Assembly (NCBI GenBank): GCA_013572355.1
Contig: QBUV01000091.1
Span: 950 to 64,949, forward strand
DNA: 64,000 nt
Source of the DNA: Candidatus Methanogaster sp.
GTDB lineage: Archaea > Halobacteriota > Methanosarcinia > Methanosarcinales > Methanogasteraceae
Direction of reading: 5' to 3'
Part shown: in pieces, positions 1 to 10,450 of the stretch
Numbering within the stretch: the first letter of the stretch is position 1
How the letters are laid out: each line of letters opens with the position of its first letter
The notes under the pieces: model-generated
The model's database searches: none
What the model was told of the DNA's origin: nothing
Seen by the model: only the letters and a program-made list of their open reading frames with translations
Made by a program: the position numbers and the translations under genes

Positions 1-2382
1 GGAGAGGCAGTCCTGCCAGCAAAGGAACTGGTTCCCGGAGATGTGGTGGTCCTTGAGGGCGGCGACAAGGTTCCCGCGGATCTGCGGCTCTTCCACACAA
101 AGAACATGAGCGCGGATGAAGCAGCGATCACAGGCGAATCCGTGCCTGTGACTAAGCATACTGACCCGATTGCAGGAAAAGCGACGATTGCTGACCAGAG
201 ATGCATGGTATTCAGCGGCACGTTTGTGACGAAAGGGGTAGGCGTTGGGATCGTCGTCGGAACAGGTGAGCATACAGAGATCGGTAGGATCGCAAAACTG
301 ATAAAAGAGACCGAAAAGATCACAACTCCACTTACGAGGAAGATGGAGGAGTTTACCAGATTCTTGATCATTGCGATCCTATCGATCACCGTTATCAACT
401 TTGCGCTGGCGATATGGTTCGAGTATGGCATGATCTATGCGTTTTTAGCGTCCGTCTCGCTTGCGGTCGCTGCGATTCCGGAGGGGCTGCCTGCGGTTAT
501 GACGATGGCTCTGGCGATCGGCGTGACCGCGATGGCGCGCAAAGATTCGATCGTAAAAAGGCTGCCTGCCGCGGAGACGCTCGGGTGCACCACCGTGATC
601 TGCTCTGATAAGACCGGCACGCTTACAAAGAACCAGATGACGGTATCGCGGATATACAGCGGGGGAACGGATTACCGGGTGAGTGGGGTCGGATACAAAC
701 CGGAAGGCGAGTTTACACCATCCCAGATGAGTGAAGAGATGATCGGGACGCTGAAAGTGGGTTATTTCTGCAACAACGCCAAGGTAGTCGGAGAGGACGG
801 GCACGCCGTCATCGGGGATCCGACCGAAGGCGCACTTCTCGTATCCGCGATGAAAGCAGGAATCGGAGATATCGGAGCGATCGGAGAGGATGCCGGATCG
901 ACGCATGGCGGATCGATACAGGGTGAATCGATGCAGCGGCTGGATGAGATGCCGTTTGATTCGGAGCAGCAGTACATGGCTACGCTCCACCAGATGGACG
1001 GAGAGCGCATCATCTACGTGAAGGGCTCGCCTGAGCGGGTTATCGGGATGTGCCGGAGCCGGATGGTGGACGGCAGCATCGAACCGATAGATAGGGGGGC
1101 TATACTTGAAAAGGCTGAAGAGATGGCAGAAGAAGCGCTCCGGCTGCTTGCCATGGCGTACAAAGTGGTGCCTCCGGACAGGACGTCGATCGATCGGAAT
1201 GATCTTACGGACATGACATTTCTCGGGATCGAGGGCATGATCGATCCGCCAAGGGATGAGGCGTTAGACGGGGTGCGGATGTGCAAGAGTGCCGGGATAC
1301 GGGTTGTGATGGTCACAGGGGATCATGTAACGACTGCAAAAGCGATCGCGGGCAAACTCGGAATCGGAACCGATACAGAGCGTGCACTCACCGGAGAGGA
1401 CATGTCGCGGATGAGTGATGATGAACTCTATGATGTGGTTGAGGATGTGTCTGTGTATGCGCGGGCTCTGCCCGAACACAAGTTCAGGATCGTAAAGGCG
1501 CTGCAGAAGCACGGGGAGGTTGTTGCGGTCACCGGTGATGGTGTCAACGATGCGCCTGCGCTCAAAGCCGCTGACATCGGGATTGCGATGGGGATCACAG
1601 GAACCGAGGTGAGCAAGGAAGCATCAGACATGATCCTTGCTGACGACAACTTCGCAACGATCGTTGCTGCTGTAGAAGAGGGGAGACATGTCTACAATAA
1701 CATCAAAAAAGTAATTCTGTACACGCTTCCGACAAATGGCGGACAGGCACTGCTGGTTATAGGAGCTATACTGCTTGCGCCGTTCATGGTACTCTTCCAT
1801 GACCGGCTTCCGCTCGAACCCGTGCAGATACTCTGGATCAACCTCTTCGATGCGGTAGCGCTGGCACTGCCGCTCATCATGGAACCGATGGAGAAGGATC
1901 TGCTCAAAAAACCACCGAGAAATCCGGACGAACGGATCACCGATCCGCCATTCTTCCGGAAGGTCGGGCTCGTCTCCATCGTGATGGCGATAGCCGGGTT
2001 TGCGGTATACTACCACTACGGGATGCCTGCGATCGACGGAGAACTGGTGGTGTATCCGGATCTCCTCACTCAAGCGCAGACCGCTGCATTCACAACCGTT
2101 ATTCTGGTGCATCTCTGCTACCTCATGACCGCACGGTCGGTCACAGACTCGGCATTCACGTTTAGCCCGTTCTCGAACAGGTGGCTACTTGCAGGTATCG
2201 CAATCACTATTGTGGTGCAGCTTGCAATCGTCTACCATCCGGTCGGAAACGCCATTCTCGGAACGGCGCCGCTGCCGTTTGACTGGTGGGGGCTCATGAT
2301 CCTCCTTGCGCTTCCCGGATTCTTCGTAATCGAGATTGAGAAGTGGGCGACGAAGCGATTTCGGGGGCGGCGTGGCGGCTGA
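1..2382 (+). CDS. P-type cation-transporting ATPase (type IIA, Ca2+-like), 5'-truncated by window edge
   Basis: Frame open from base 1; motifs [30 protein letters not shown]-terminal TM helices. Confidence 0.95.
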   Translation, partial: GEAVLPAKELVPGDVVVLEGGDKVPADLRLFHTKNMSADEAAITGESVPVTKHTDPIAGKATIADQRCMVFSGTFVTKGVGVGIVVGTGEHTEIGRIAKLIKETEKITTPLTRKMEEFTRFLIIAILSITVINFALAIWFEYGMIYAFLASVSLAVAAIPEGLPAVMTMALAIGVTAMARKDSIVKRLPAAETLGCTTVICSDKTGTLTKNQMTVSRIYSGGTDYRVSGVGYKPEGEFTPSQMSEEMIGTLKVGYFCNNAKVVGEDGHAVIGDPTEGALLVSAMKAGIGDIGAIGEDAGSTHGGSIQGESMQRLDEMPFDSEQQYMATLHQMDGERIIYVKGSPERVIGMCRSRMVDGSIEPIDRGAILEKAEEMAEEALRLLAMAYKVVPPDRTSIDRNDLTDMTFLGIEGMIDPPRDEALDGVRMCKSAGIRVVMVTGDHVTTAKAIAGKLGIGTDTERALTGEDMSRMSDDELYDVVEDVSVYARALPEHKFRIVKALQKHGEVVAVTGDGVNDAPALKAADIGIAMGITGTEVSKEASDMILADDNFATIVAAVEEGRHVYNNIKKVILYTLPTNGGQALLVIGAILLAPFMVLFHDRLPLEPVQILWINLFDAVALALPLIMEPMEKDLLKKPPRNPDERITDPPFFRKVGLVSIVMAIAGFAVYYHYGMPAIDGELVVYPDLLTQAQTAAFTTVILVHLCYLMTARSVTDSAFTFSPFSNRWLLAGIAITIVVQLAIVYHPVGNAILGTAPLPFDWWGLMILLALPGFFVIEIEKWATKRFRGRRGG

Positions 2383-2428
2383 TGCGGCGTCCGAAATACA
2401 TATTGCAAACAGTAACGAAGATTGCGCC

Positions 2429-3898
2429 ATGCAACTTACACCAAATGAACGACGCGTGCTCTCTGCCCTGCACGACCTGAAGAGATCGATGCCAGCGGAA
2501 CTTGCGGGGAGATCAGACCTGAATCCGGATGCTTTGATGCAATCCGCTTTCCTTCTGGAAGAAAAAGGACTTGCCGAGATCCACGAATCGGTAACAGAGA
2601 TTCACACGCTCACAGAAGAGGGTCGTGAATACGCTGGAAGCGGACTGCCCGAACGCCAGATACTCGCATACATACAGTCGTGCAGCGAAAAGGTCACGAT
2701 TCCGGACCTGAAGGATAAGTTCCCGCCTGCGATGGTCGGGATATCCATGGGCTGGCTGCGGCGGAAGAAGTGGGCAGCGATCGTGGACGGTGTAGTAGTG
2801 CCTGCGGGAGGTGCGGCGCCAGAGAAGGGCGCAGATGAGGAAGCGCTGACGATACTGCTCGAAGAAAAGGTTCTGACAGAAGATGCACAGAAGAAGGCAT
2901 TAAAAGACCTCATCAAGCGGAAACTGGTGGATGTGGCAGAGAGAAAAGAGAGAACGATTGCGATAACAGAAGAAGGCATAAAACTTGCAGGTGATATCGC
3001 AGACCGGTCAGATATCGATGAGATCGTGCAACTGACGTCTGAAGTCATACGCAGCCGCAGATGGGAGAACATCCGTGCTTATGACATCCATGCACCGGTG
3101 CCGCGGCGTGCCTGCGCTAAGATTCACCCGTACCAGCGTCTGATCGACCGGATGCGCAGGATACTGCTTGATATGGGATTTACCGAGATCAAAGGCGATA
3201 TCGTGCAGAGTTCCTTCTGGAACTTCGATGCGCTCTTCCAGCCGCAGGACCATCCTGCACGGGAGATGCAGGACACGTTCTATCTCGATAGTGAGGCGGA
3301 CATCCCTCTATATTACGGGAAAGTAAGAGACGTCCACGAGTCAGGCGGCGATACCGGCTCAACCGGATGGGGTGGGAGATGGAGCAAGGAGTTAGCCCGA
3401 AAAGAGGTCTTGCGCACCCACACGACCGCGATCACGATCAAACATCTTGCAGACAACCCCGATCCGCCGAAGAAGGCGTTCTGCATCGACCGGGTCTACC
3501 GCCGCGAGGCGATCGATCCGACGCATACGCCAGAGTTTGAGCAACTCGAAGGCGTGGTGATGGACCCGGGAGTCTCGTTTGCCAACCTTCTCGGGTATCT
3601 TGTCGAGTTCTACCACCACATCGGCTTTAAGGATGTGCGGTTCAGACCCGGGTACTTCCCGTACACAGAGCCGTCTGTTGAGCCAGAGGTCTATGTCGAG
3701 GGTCTCGGATGGGTCGAACTTGGCGGAGCAGGCATATTCCGGGAGGAGGTGACCGCACCGCTCGGCATCGAGTGTCCTGTGCTTGCATGGGGGCTCGGCG
3801 TCAGCAGGGTTGCGATGCTGCGGCTGGGACTTCGTGATCTTCGGAAGCTGTACCAGTCAGACATCGACTGGCTGCGGGAGAGTCCGGTCTGTGTGTAA
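2429..3898 (+). CDS. pheS: Phenylalanine--tRNA ligase alpha subunit (archaeal)
   Basis: [40 protein letters not shown]; start at MQLTPNE. Confidence 0.97.
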   Translation: MQLTPNERRVLSALHDLKRSMPAELAGRSDLNPDALMQSAFLLEEKGLAEIHESVTEIHTLTEEGREYAGSGLPERQILAYIQSCSEKVTIPDLKDKFPPAMVGISMGWLRRKKWAAIVDGVVVPAGGAAPEKGADEEALTILLEEKVLTEDAQKKALKDLIKRKLVDVAERKERTIAITEEGIKLAGDIADRSDIDEIVQLTSEVIRSRRWENIRAYDIHAPVPRRACAKIHPYQRLIDRMRRILLDMGFTEIKGDIVQSSFWNFDALFQPQDHPAREMQDTFYLDSEADIPLYYGKVRDVHESGGDTGSTGWGGRWSKELARKEVLRTHTTAITIKHLADNPDPPKKAFCIDRVYRREAIDPTHTPEFEQLEGVVMDPGVSFANLLGYLVEFYHHIGFKDVRFRPGYFPYTEPSVEPEVYVEGLGWVELGGAGIFREEVTAPLGIECPVLAWGLGVSRVAMLRLGLRDLRKLYQSDIDWLRESPVCV

Positions 3899-3963
3899 AA
3901 AGGGTGCGATGGCGAGAAGATCGAAAGTATGAAGAATCCCGTCAATGGGGAAGGTGATGTTGT

Positions 3964-4311
3964 TTGGAAAGAAATAATCGATCGGAAAAAGAAGCGAGGA
4001 AAAAGGAACTCGTGCAGGAACTTAGTAGAATAATTAACGCACTAAAAAAAGATAAAGAGATCAAGTTGATCATGTTATTCGGCTCATTGGCAAGAGGTGA
4101 TATAAGCGCAACGAGCGATATAGATGTGATCATCGTGAAAGGGACGAAAAAAAAGTTTCTCGATCGGTTGGATGAGATTTATTCAACCTTAATCCCGAAT
4201 GTCGCTCTGGATATTCTCGTATATACTCCAGAGGAATTTGAAGCGATGAAAAGTAAGAATGTTTTCGTTAGAAACGCTGTAAAGGAGGGAAAAATGCTGT
4301 ATGAATCCTGA
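3964..4311 (+). CDS. Minimal nucleotidyltransferase (MNT) antitoxin
   Basis: LFGSLARGD-x-SDID motif, D-I-L-V-Y-T-P-E-E; AT-rich; GGTGA RBS before TTG. Confidence 0.9.
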   Translation: MERNNRSEKEARKKELVQELSRIINALKKDKEIKLIMLFGSLARGDISATSDIDVIIVKGTKKKFLDRLDEIYSTLIPNVALDILVYTPEEFEAMKSKNVFVRNAVKEGKMLYES

Positions 4312-4441
4312 TGCGATGGGTGAAGGACGGAGGTGGCTTCGTCAGGCAGAGCAAGACCTTGATGACGCACGGTATAATCTGGAAGGGGACAGATACCATC
4401 TGGTTTGTTTTCTTTCACAGCAATCGGCAGAGAAGGCTTAG
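4301..4441 (+). pseudogene. Truncated HEPN-domain toxin (46 codons)
   Basis: Hand translation MNPDAMGEGRRWLRQAEQDLDDARYNLEGDRYHLVCFLSQQSAEKA*; typical HEPN N-terminus overlapping the MNT 3' end. Confidence 0.85.
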
Positions 4442-4444
4442 ACA

Positions 4445-4723
4445 ATGAGAGTCAAAGTAGATATGGAAAGCGATGCGCTATATTTCAGATTATGTGGGGA
4501 CGATATAGAAGATAGCGAAGAGATCGCCCAGGGGATTATCATCGACTATACCAAAGAGGATACCGTGGTTGGTATAGAAATTCTCGGTATTAAAGCACGA
4601 TTACCTGCAGAAGAATTATCCCGTATGACAATCGAATTACCCTACGATCATACCGCATCCCCCTCGATCAGGGCATTGATGTGTTCTTGTGTTATCGCGC
4701 CTCTCGCCACCCACCGGATTTGA
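4445..4723 (+). CDS. DUF2283-domain protein
   Basis: D-x-E-S-D-A-L-Y-F-R-L...GIIIDY...VVGIEIL pattern. Confidence 0.8.
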   Translation: MRVKVDMESDALYFRLCGDDIEDSEEIAQGIIIDYTKEDTVVGIEILGIKARLPAEELSRMTIELPYDHTASPSIRALMCSCVIAPLATHRI

Positions 4724-4929
4724 CCACAAAGCATTTAAGTGGCAAATGTCAATTACGACTACGTAATCCAAATATGACGGGATACGAGGGTGATGAAGCC
4801 CTTTCGGTTCTGTTGAACAGGAAGGTGCGTGATGGCTGTGCAAGTCACAATCACCACAGACAACCGCGGTTTTACGCGGTTCAACGAATATGGAAGCAAT
4901 ACAACAAACAATACAGGAGGTAAATAGAC

Positions 4930-6147
4930 ATGAATAAGAAGATAATATTACCGTTTGTCGCAATTCTTGTACTGGCTGTAGCTATGGTTGGCGCAGCGAG
5001 TGCGGATGAGGTGACAACGGTGGATACGGTTGAGGTCCGCGGCAATGTGGCAAACGCCACACAAGCAAATGCTGGTATCAACTGGACTGCACAGGATTTC
5101 GCTGCGTTCTGGTACGATCTTGATGACGATCTGTCAACAGAGACTCTTGAACTCATAGGTGGTACATCCGGTACTGATCGAAACATAGCTGATGACCAAC
5201 TGGTTTACACCACATATCCGGAGCATCAATTGTACGAGCTTTACGCTGACAAAGGGTTAGTCGTAGAGGGTGACGATACGAATCTATCAATCGGATACTA
5301 CATCGAAGGCTGGCTGGCAGAGGAGTACGTAGCAGTCAACGGCAGAGCAGATGAACTCGTGAAACTGTTGGTTGAGTTCGAGGGCGATGACAAGAAGACC
5401 CTGTCAACCGGTGAGGCATGGGATCTTGGAAACGGATTTGCCCTTATTGCTCAACAGATCGATCTCGAAGGTGACAAGGTGTGGTTCTCGCTGGAGAAGG
5501 ATGGCAAGGAATTGGATAGTGAAGTTGTCACAACCGGTGCCGATATTACGAATGAATCAGTGTACACCTACACCGAAGACATAGGCAGTGAAGATGACGT
5601 TCCAGTGTTTTCATGCCTTGTTGATGCTGTGTTCAGAGGAACGGACAGCAATATCGTGCAGGTTAGGTATGTCTTCCTAGTCGATAATGTGGTTTTGGAG
5701 ATCGATAGTGACGATAAGTTCGGTGCAATGGAAGCTACCGCAGGTCCGACCATGATCACACTTAGGAATGAGGATGCTATCGATCTAGGCAAAGACACCA
5801 CTGAGCACATCATGGGCAACATGTACTTCAAGACCGCGGATGATACTGCACTCAGGTTCTATCCGATGGTCGAGTACACCATCGGCGAGGGCGCAGCAGG
5901 CGAAGCTGAGGAAGAGGTCGAGACTCCAACCGATGCTAACGAGACTGCGGATGTGAACGTAACTCCGACCGCTGTAGTCACGCCAACGCCTGAAGAGGCA
6001 GCATCACCTGTAGTGACAGCAACAGCTGAAGATACCACAGCAGATGCTGAAGAGACCGCAACCCCGAAGACTCCAGGTTTTGAGGCAGTCTTCGCAATTG
6101 CCGGACTGCTCGCAGTCGCATATCTTGTGCTCAGACAGCGAGAGTGA
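4930..6147 (+). CDS. S-layer protein (Methanosarcinales DUF1608-type domain) with PGF-CTERM anchor
   Basis: Signal peptide; WTAQDFAAFWYDLDDDL and LRFYP motifs; Thr/Glu/Ala linker; TPGFEAVFAIAGLLAVAYLVLRQRE tail; strong AGGAGGT RBS. Confidence 0.9.
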   Translation: MNKKIILPFVAILVLAVAMVGAASADEVTTVDTVEVRGNVANATQANAGINWTAQDFAAFWYDLDDDLSTETLELIGGTSGTDRNIADDQLVYTTYPEHQLYELYADKGLVVEGDDTNLSIGYYIEGWLAEEYVAVNGRADELVKLLVEFEGDDKKTLSTGEAWDLGNGFALIAQQIDLEGDKVWFSLEKDGKELDSEVVTTGADITNESVYTYTEDIGSEDDVPVFSCLVDAVFRGTDSNIVQVRYVFLVDNVVLEIDSDDKFGAMEATAGPTMITLRNEDAIDLGKDTTEHIMGNMYFKTADDTALRFYPMVEYTIGEGAAGEAEEEVETPTDANETADVNVTPTAVVTPTPEEAASPVVTATAEDTTADAEETATPKTPGFEAVFAIAGLLAVAYLVLRQRE

Positions 6148-6159
6148 GTGAGACCCTGT

Positions 6160-6196
6160 GAAGGGAGAGATCCTCCCTTCCGACTTTTCTTTTTTT
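6160..6196 (+). terminator. Hairpin plus T-tract terminator of the S-layer gene
   Basis: GAAGGGAG-agatc-CTCCCTTC followed by TTTTCTTTTTTT. Confidence 0.7.
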
Positions 6197-6313
6197 GAAA
6201 TACGTTCCAATAGGCTCTAACCGAGACTATACGCTCTTTCACATTCCAATCAAACTTCCGGTTTACGCAGTCAAGGGTTAGCAGCGATCAAAATCAGCAG
6301 AGTCAATCTGAGA

Positions 6314-6398
6314 TGCGGGGGGTGGGATTCGAACCCACGAACTCCTACGAGAATAGGCCCTGAACCTATCGCCTTTGACCTGGCTGGGCAACCCCCGC
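6314..6398 (-). tRNA. tRNA-Leu(CAG)
   Basis: GCGGGGG acceptor; ATAGG-TT-CAG-GG-CCTAT anticodon arm; long variable arm; GGTTCGAATCC. Confidence 0.97.
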
Positions 6399-6414
6399 TG
6401 GGGTGAATGCGTGA

Positions 6415-6486
6415 TGGACCGATCGGGAATCGAACCCGAGGCCTCTTCCATGCCAAGGAAGCAATCTACCCCTGATCTATCGGCCC
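6415..6486 (-). tRNA. tRNA-Ala(GGC)
   Basis: CTTCC-TT-GGC-AT-GGAAG anticodon arm; G3:U70 pair; tandem with tRNA-Leu. Confidence 0.96.
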
Positions 6487-6684
6487 TATCACGAGGTACT
6501 GCTGGTATTGGCGGGAGGTGGTTATCAATATTGTGGTGAACCGGAATTCCGGATGTTCGCAGAGGAATGGTTGGGTTGTCATGGCTCTGTGGTGTCGCTG
6601 GAGATTCCACGAAGATACTTCAGGCGAATTGTGGATGGTGCAGGTGTTTAGGTGCAAATCGGTTCGCAGTTATCAAAAGAGAGC

Positions 6685-7926
6685 TTAGTGGTGGCGGCAA
6701 TTACCTGACATGCATCCTCCCGACCCCCCTCCCATCTTCTCGATGGCTTCCCCGATGGTGCCGGCATCGGTCTCCCCAGACTCCACGTAAGCATCGTCCA
6801 GGACATAAAACGCGCTCTTCTGCGCGATGCTATCCTTTGTGATCAGTTTATCTATCCTGTTCTCGACCAGCAGTTCGGCGGCTTTAAGCCCTTTCCGCTT
6901 CTCCAAGGTGGCAAACGGATTTTTCAGGAACCGCATATCGGCAAGATCGTTATCCTCTCTTCGGATATCAAATATGCAGAAATATTCCGCCTCCCCGAAG
7001 TGCCTGGAGATTTTGGACAGAAGACCGTTGTTCTCGATGCACGGGACCGCATACCTTGTAAATTCCCTCTCCTCTGGCTCTATATGTATCAGGACCCGAT
7101 CAACATTTTTTATCTCGGATTTGATCCTATCTTCGATCTTATCGCTCAGTTGGTGCGCCCGTTTAAGATCTGTGAGGTTCGTACCCACATCCATCTCGAT
7201 AAATATGAACTTCCCCGAACTCCTCGCTCTTAAGGAATATATCTTCTCGACACCACGAGTTTCGGACGCGATCTCCCTGATCCGGTTGAGACTCTCATAA
7301 TCGATGGATGCGTCCAGGAGAACCTTTATCGAATCTTTTAGTATCCCGGATCCTGCTTTGAAAATGAAGAGAGCGATCAGAATACCGGCAGCCGAGTCAA
7401 GGAAATAGAAACCAAGATAGTTTCCAAGTATTCCAGCGAATACGACTGCGGAAGAGTAGGCATCTGTTCTTGAATGCTTGCCATCAGCGATTAAACTGGG
7501 TGAATTTTCCTCTCTCCCGATCTTAAGCTTATAATTGCTTAAAAGCCAGGATGACACCAGGGATACCAGTGCGACTGAGAGTGCAAACGGAAGATCTGTC
7601 AGGATAACCGATCCGACCGCCGATCCGATCGATGTGCGAATAATCTCGTACCCGGCATAAAGGATCGCAAGAGCGAGGAAGAGACTTACGATATTCTCTG
7701 CCTTGTAAAATCCGTAAGGAAACTCCTCTGTGGGCGTGCGATCCGAGATCTTAAGACCGATGAAGACCGCGATGGAACTTATCACGTCTGTGAGTGAGTG
7801 GATCGCATCAGCGATGAGGGCGATACTTCCCGAGAGCATTCCGGCAGCGTATTTTATGACCACCAGAAATGCGGTCACTCCTATCGACACCAGAGCTGCT
7901 CTCTTATCCCTGCCTACGCGGATCAT
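6685..7926 (-). CDS. Cation diffusion facilitator fused to a C-terminal NifB/NifX-like domain
   Basis: ADAIHSLTD, FPYGFYKAE, ADGKHSRTD; dimerisation domain; then ISRHFGEAEYF. Confidence 0.9.
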   Translation of the reverse strand: MIRVGRDKRAALVSIGVTAFLVVIKYAAGMLSGSIALIADAIHSLTDVISSIAVFIGLKISDRTPTEEFPYGFYKAENIVSLFLALAILYAGYEIIRTSIGSAVGSVILTDLPFALSVALVSLVSSWLLSNYKLKIGREENSPSLIADGKHSRTDAYSSAVVFAGILGNYLGFYFLDSAAGILIALFIFKAGSGILKDSIKVLLDASIDYESLNRIREIASETRGVEKIYSLRARSSGKFIFIEMDVGTNLTDLKRAHQLSDKIEDRIKSEIKNVDRVLIHIEPEEREFTRYAVPCIENNGLLSKISRHFGEAEYFCIFDIRREDNDLADMRFLKNPFATLEKRKGLKAAELLVENRIDKLITKDSIAQKSAFYVLDDAYVESGETDAGTIGEAIEKMGGGSGGCMSGNCRHH

Positions 7927-7980
7927 GAAGAGATAATCTACTGATAAACCTTTAATACTTGCCTTGCAAGATTTAGCAGG

Positions 7981-9363
7981 ATGGAAGATAGCGACAATAG
8001 CAGAAATAAATACTCCGAAGGCGTAAAAACACTTCTCGGCGATCCTAAAAAAGCCATCCTAAAACTGTCGCTACCGATGATCGTAGCTATGTCAGCACAG
8101 ACGGTCTACAATCTCGTCGATGCTATCTGGGTATCAGGTCTCGGCGCTAATGCTCTCGCTGCGATCGGATTCGTCTTCCCGTTCTTCTTTGCAGCTATGG
8201 CGCTTTCCAACGGACTCGGGGTGGGCGGCGGGTCTGCCATATCCAGAAGGATCGGTGCAAGGGATAAGGATGGTGCGGACAACGTGGCGGTTCACACGAT
8301 TGTTATGATGCTCTTGCTTGCGGTTCTCTTCACGATCCCGCTCTTTGTCTTTGCCGAGGACGTGTTCGTCCTGATCGGTGCTGGCAGCGCAACAGGGATG
8401 GCTGTCTCGTATGCCAGGATCATCTTCGCAGGCAGCATCTTCATATTTATAACAAGCGTCGCAAGCGCTATACTGCGGGCGGAGGGTGATGTCAAGCGAG
8501 CCATGTATGTCATGATGCTGGGCGCAGGTCTCAATATTATACTGGATCCGATCTTCATCTACACTCTCGACATGGGCATCGCGGGTGCGGCATGGGCTAC
8601 ACTCGTATCGCTGGCAATCTCGTCTGTGGTTATGGTAAACTGGCTGCTTTTTAAGAAGGACACGTACGTATCATTCAAATTCAGCGGTTTCAGGTTCGAT
8701 AGGACGATTGTCAGGGACATCTTTAAGGTAGGTATTCCGGCTTCTGTAACGCAACTCTCGATGTCGCTTACAATGGTGATAATGAACGTCATGGTAGTAG
8801 CGGTGGGTAGCATCGCGGGGGTTGCGGTCTACACCACAGGATGGCGGGTGGTATCGATTGCGACACTGCCCTTAATCGGTATCGCAACAGCGGTCGTCTC
8901 GGTAACAGGGGCTGCTTTCGGTGCACGCGCATGTGATAAGGTGAGTATCGCGCACCTCTATGCAACAAAGATCGGTTTTGCGATAGAATTGGTGATAGCG
9001 GTGGCAACCTTCATCTTCGCCCCCCAGATAGCTGCTATGTTCACGCAGTCCGAGAGCGCAGCACATATCGCACCTGATCTAATCATCTTCTTAAGGATCG
9101 TGAGTCTCTTCTATGTGGGCGTGCCGTTTGGGATGCTATCCTCTTCGCTCTTTCAGGGGACCGGAAAGGGTATGAACGCGCTCTTTGTCACGATCTTGCG
9201 CACACTCATCCTAACTCCAATATTTGCAGCTCTCTTCGCGTTTAACTTTGATATGGGGCTTACCGGGATCTGGTGGGGTCTCGTTGCTGCAAACGTCATA
9301 GGTTCTACAGTAGCGTTTATCTGGGCGCGGCTGTATGTGCGAGGGCTTATAGGTAGGCGATGA
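7981..9363 (+). CDS. MATE family efflux transporter
   Basis: LSLPMI...YNLVDAIWV...NIILDPIFIY; about 12 TM segments. Confidence 0.95.
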   Translation: MEDSDNSRNKYSEGVKTLLGDPKKAILKLSLPMIVAMSAQTVYNLVDAIWVSGLGANALAAIGFVFPFFFAAMALSNGLGVGGGSAISRRIGARDKDGADNVAVHTIVMMLLLAVLFTIPLFVFAEDVFVLIGAGSATGMAVSYARIIFAGSIFIFITSVASAILRAEGDVKRAMYVMMLGAGLNIILDPIFIYTLDMGIAGAAWATLVSLAISSVVMVNWLLFKKDTYVSFKFSGFRFDRTIVRDIFKVGIPASVTQLSMSLTMVIMNVMVVAVGSIAGVAVYTTGWRVVSIATLPLIGIATAVVSVTGAAFGARACDKVSIAHLYATKIGFAIELVIAVATFIFAPQIAAMFTQSESAAHIAPDLIIFLRIVSLFYVGVPFGMLSSSLFQGTGKGMNALFVTILRTLILTPIFAALFAFNFDMGLTGIWWGLVAANVIGSTVAFIWARLYVRGLIGRR

Positions 9364-9621
9364 AATGAGAAGGTGCTAAGTCGGAGGTGCCGAATCCGGG
9401 CAAGCTGGAGCTGTGTCGGGGGTTTGTGTGGCGGGTTGAATGACTTGATATAGGAGAAGGATGAACGAGTATACGATGAGTGAAATTCGTCCGGAGGGCA
9501 GCATATATGGGCTATTCAGATAAAATACCAATAGACGCGATATGTGAAGTAAGTTCAGATATACAACGTTATCTGATTTTGTCCCGAATAACTGCTGTTC
9601 GCTGTTCACGGTGACCTAAAA

Positions 9622-10203
9622 ATGGAGAAAGAAACAACACGCTGCCGAATATTCCGAGATTCGGAAAATAATACAGTGGCTCTGCAGGATATATTTAATC
9701 TCGGGATCTATCATCCATGGCAGGATGGCCATAATCCGAATTTCGATGTGTTCTCTCGCGTGATTCTTGATGTAAAAGATCAGCATATAAAAGGAATTAA
9801 CTACTGCACGAATCAATTGCGTTCCATTATTTCAAGTACGGAAGAATATGTGATCTGTGTTATCCCGACCCATGCAGCAGGAACTGAACCATCGGGTATA
9901 AGGACTATCGCGAAACGATTATGTTCACATTCGGTAATTGATGGAACAGATGTTATATCAAGGGTTTTTGAGATTCCAAAGAAAACTGCAGGCGAAAGCA
10001 GCGATATGCAGTTAGAAATAAAATCGCTTGCTGTGACGGATGAAAGTGTAGTCAGAGGTCGGCAGGTGCTACTGCTGGACGATGTGACGACGAGTGGCAC
10101 ATCTTTAAAGGCAGGAAAATATCTGATAGAGCAAGCCGGAGCTGAGATAGTTGTGTTACTTGCACTCGCCAGAACTCAAATAGAACATGAATCTGTAAAA
10201 TGA
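9622..10203 (+). CDS. Stand-alone type I phosphoribosyltransferase (ComF-like)
   Basis: PRPP motif VLLLDDVTTSGTSL; AT-rich relative to flanks. Confidence 0.8.
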   Translation: MEKETTRCRIFRDSENNTVALQDIFNLGIYHPWQDGHNPNFDVFSRVILDVKDQHIKGINYCTNQLRSIISSTEEYVICVIPTHAAGTEPSGIRTIAKRLCSHSVIDGTDVISRVFEIPKKTAGESSDMQLEIKSLAVTDESVVRGRQVLLLDDVTTSGTSLKAGKYLIEQAGAEIVVLLALARTQIEHESVK

Positions 10204-10370
10204 AGGCATTATCTATACTGGATTGGAGGAAACGCCCAAAGTCGGATTGAAACCGTGACATCATTTTACAAAGCAATATATGATTACACCTCATGTTCAT
10301 ACAATTAGAATGTAGTCGCAAATTCATGACAGAGCACGTCTGGCTTTGTGCCTTCGACACTCCGTCAAAA

Positions 10371-10442
10371 GTCTCGATAGGGTAGCGGATATCCTCATCG
10401 CCTCCGGAGCGATGGACCCGGGTTCGAGTCCCGGTCGGGACG
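10371..10442 (+). tRNA. tRNA-Arg(CCG)
   Basis: GTCTCGA/TCGGGAC acceptor; ATCGC-CT-CCG-GA-GCGAT anticodon arm; GGTTCGAGTCC. Confidence 0.95.
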
Positions 10443-10450
10443 TTGCCGAA

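Noticed and set aside
4301..4723. Pyrrolysine read-through fusing the HEPN fragment to DUF2283 (TAG in frame); likewise the leuC-type TAG at 34650 in frame with the antitoxin relic
   Set aside because: Each has a one-in-three chance by accident, the fusions make no structural sense, and no pyl genes are visible.
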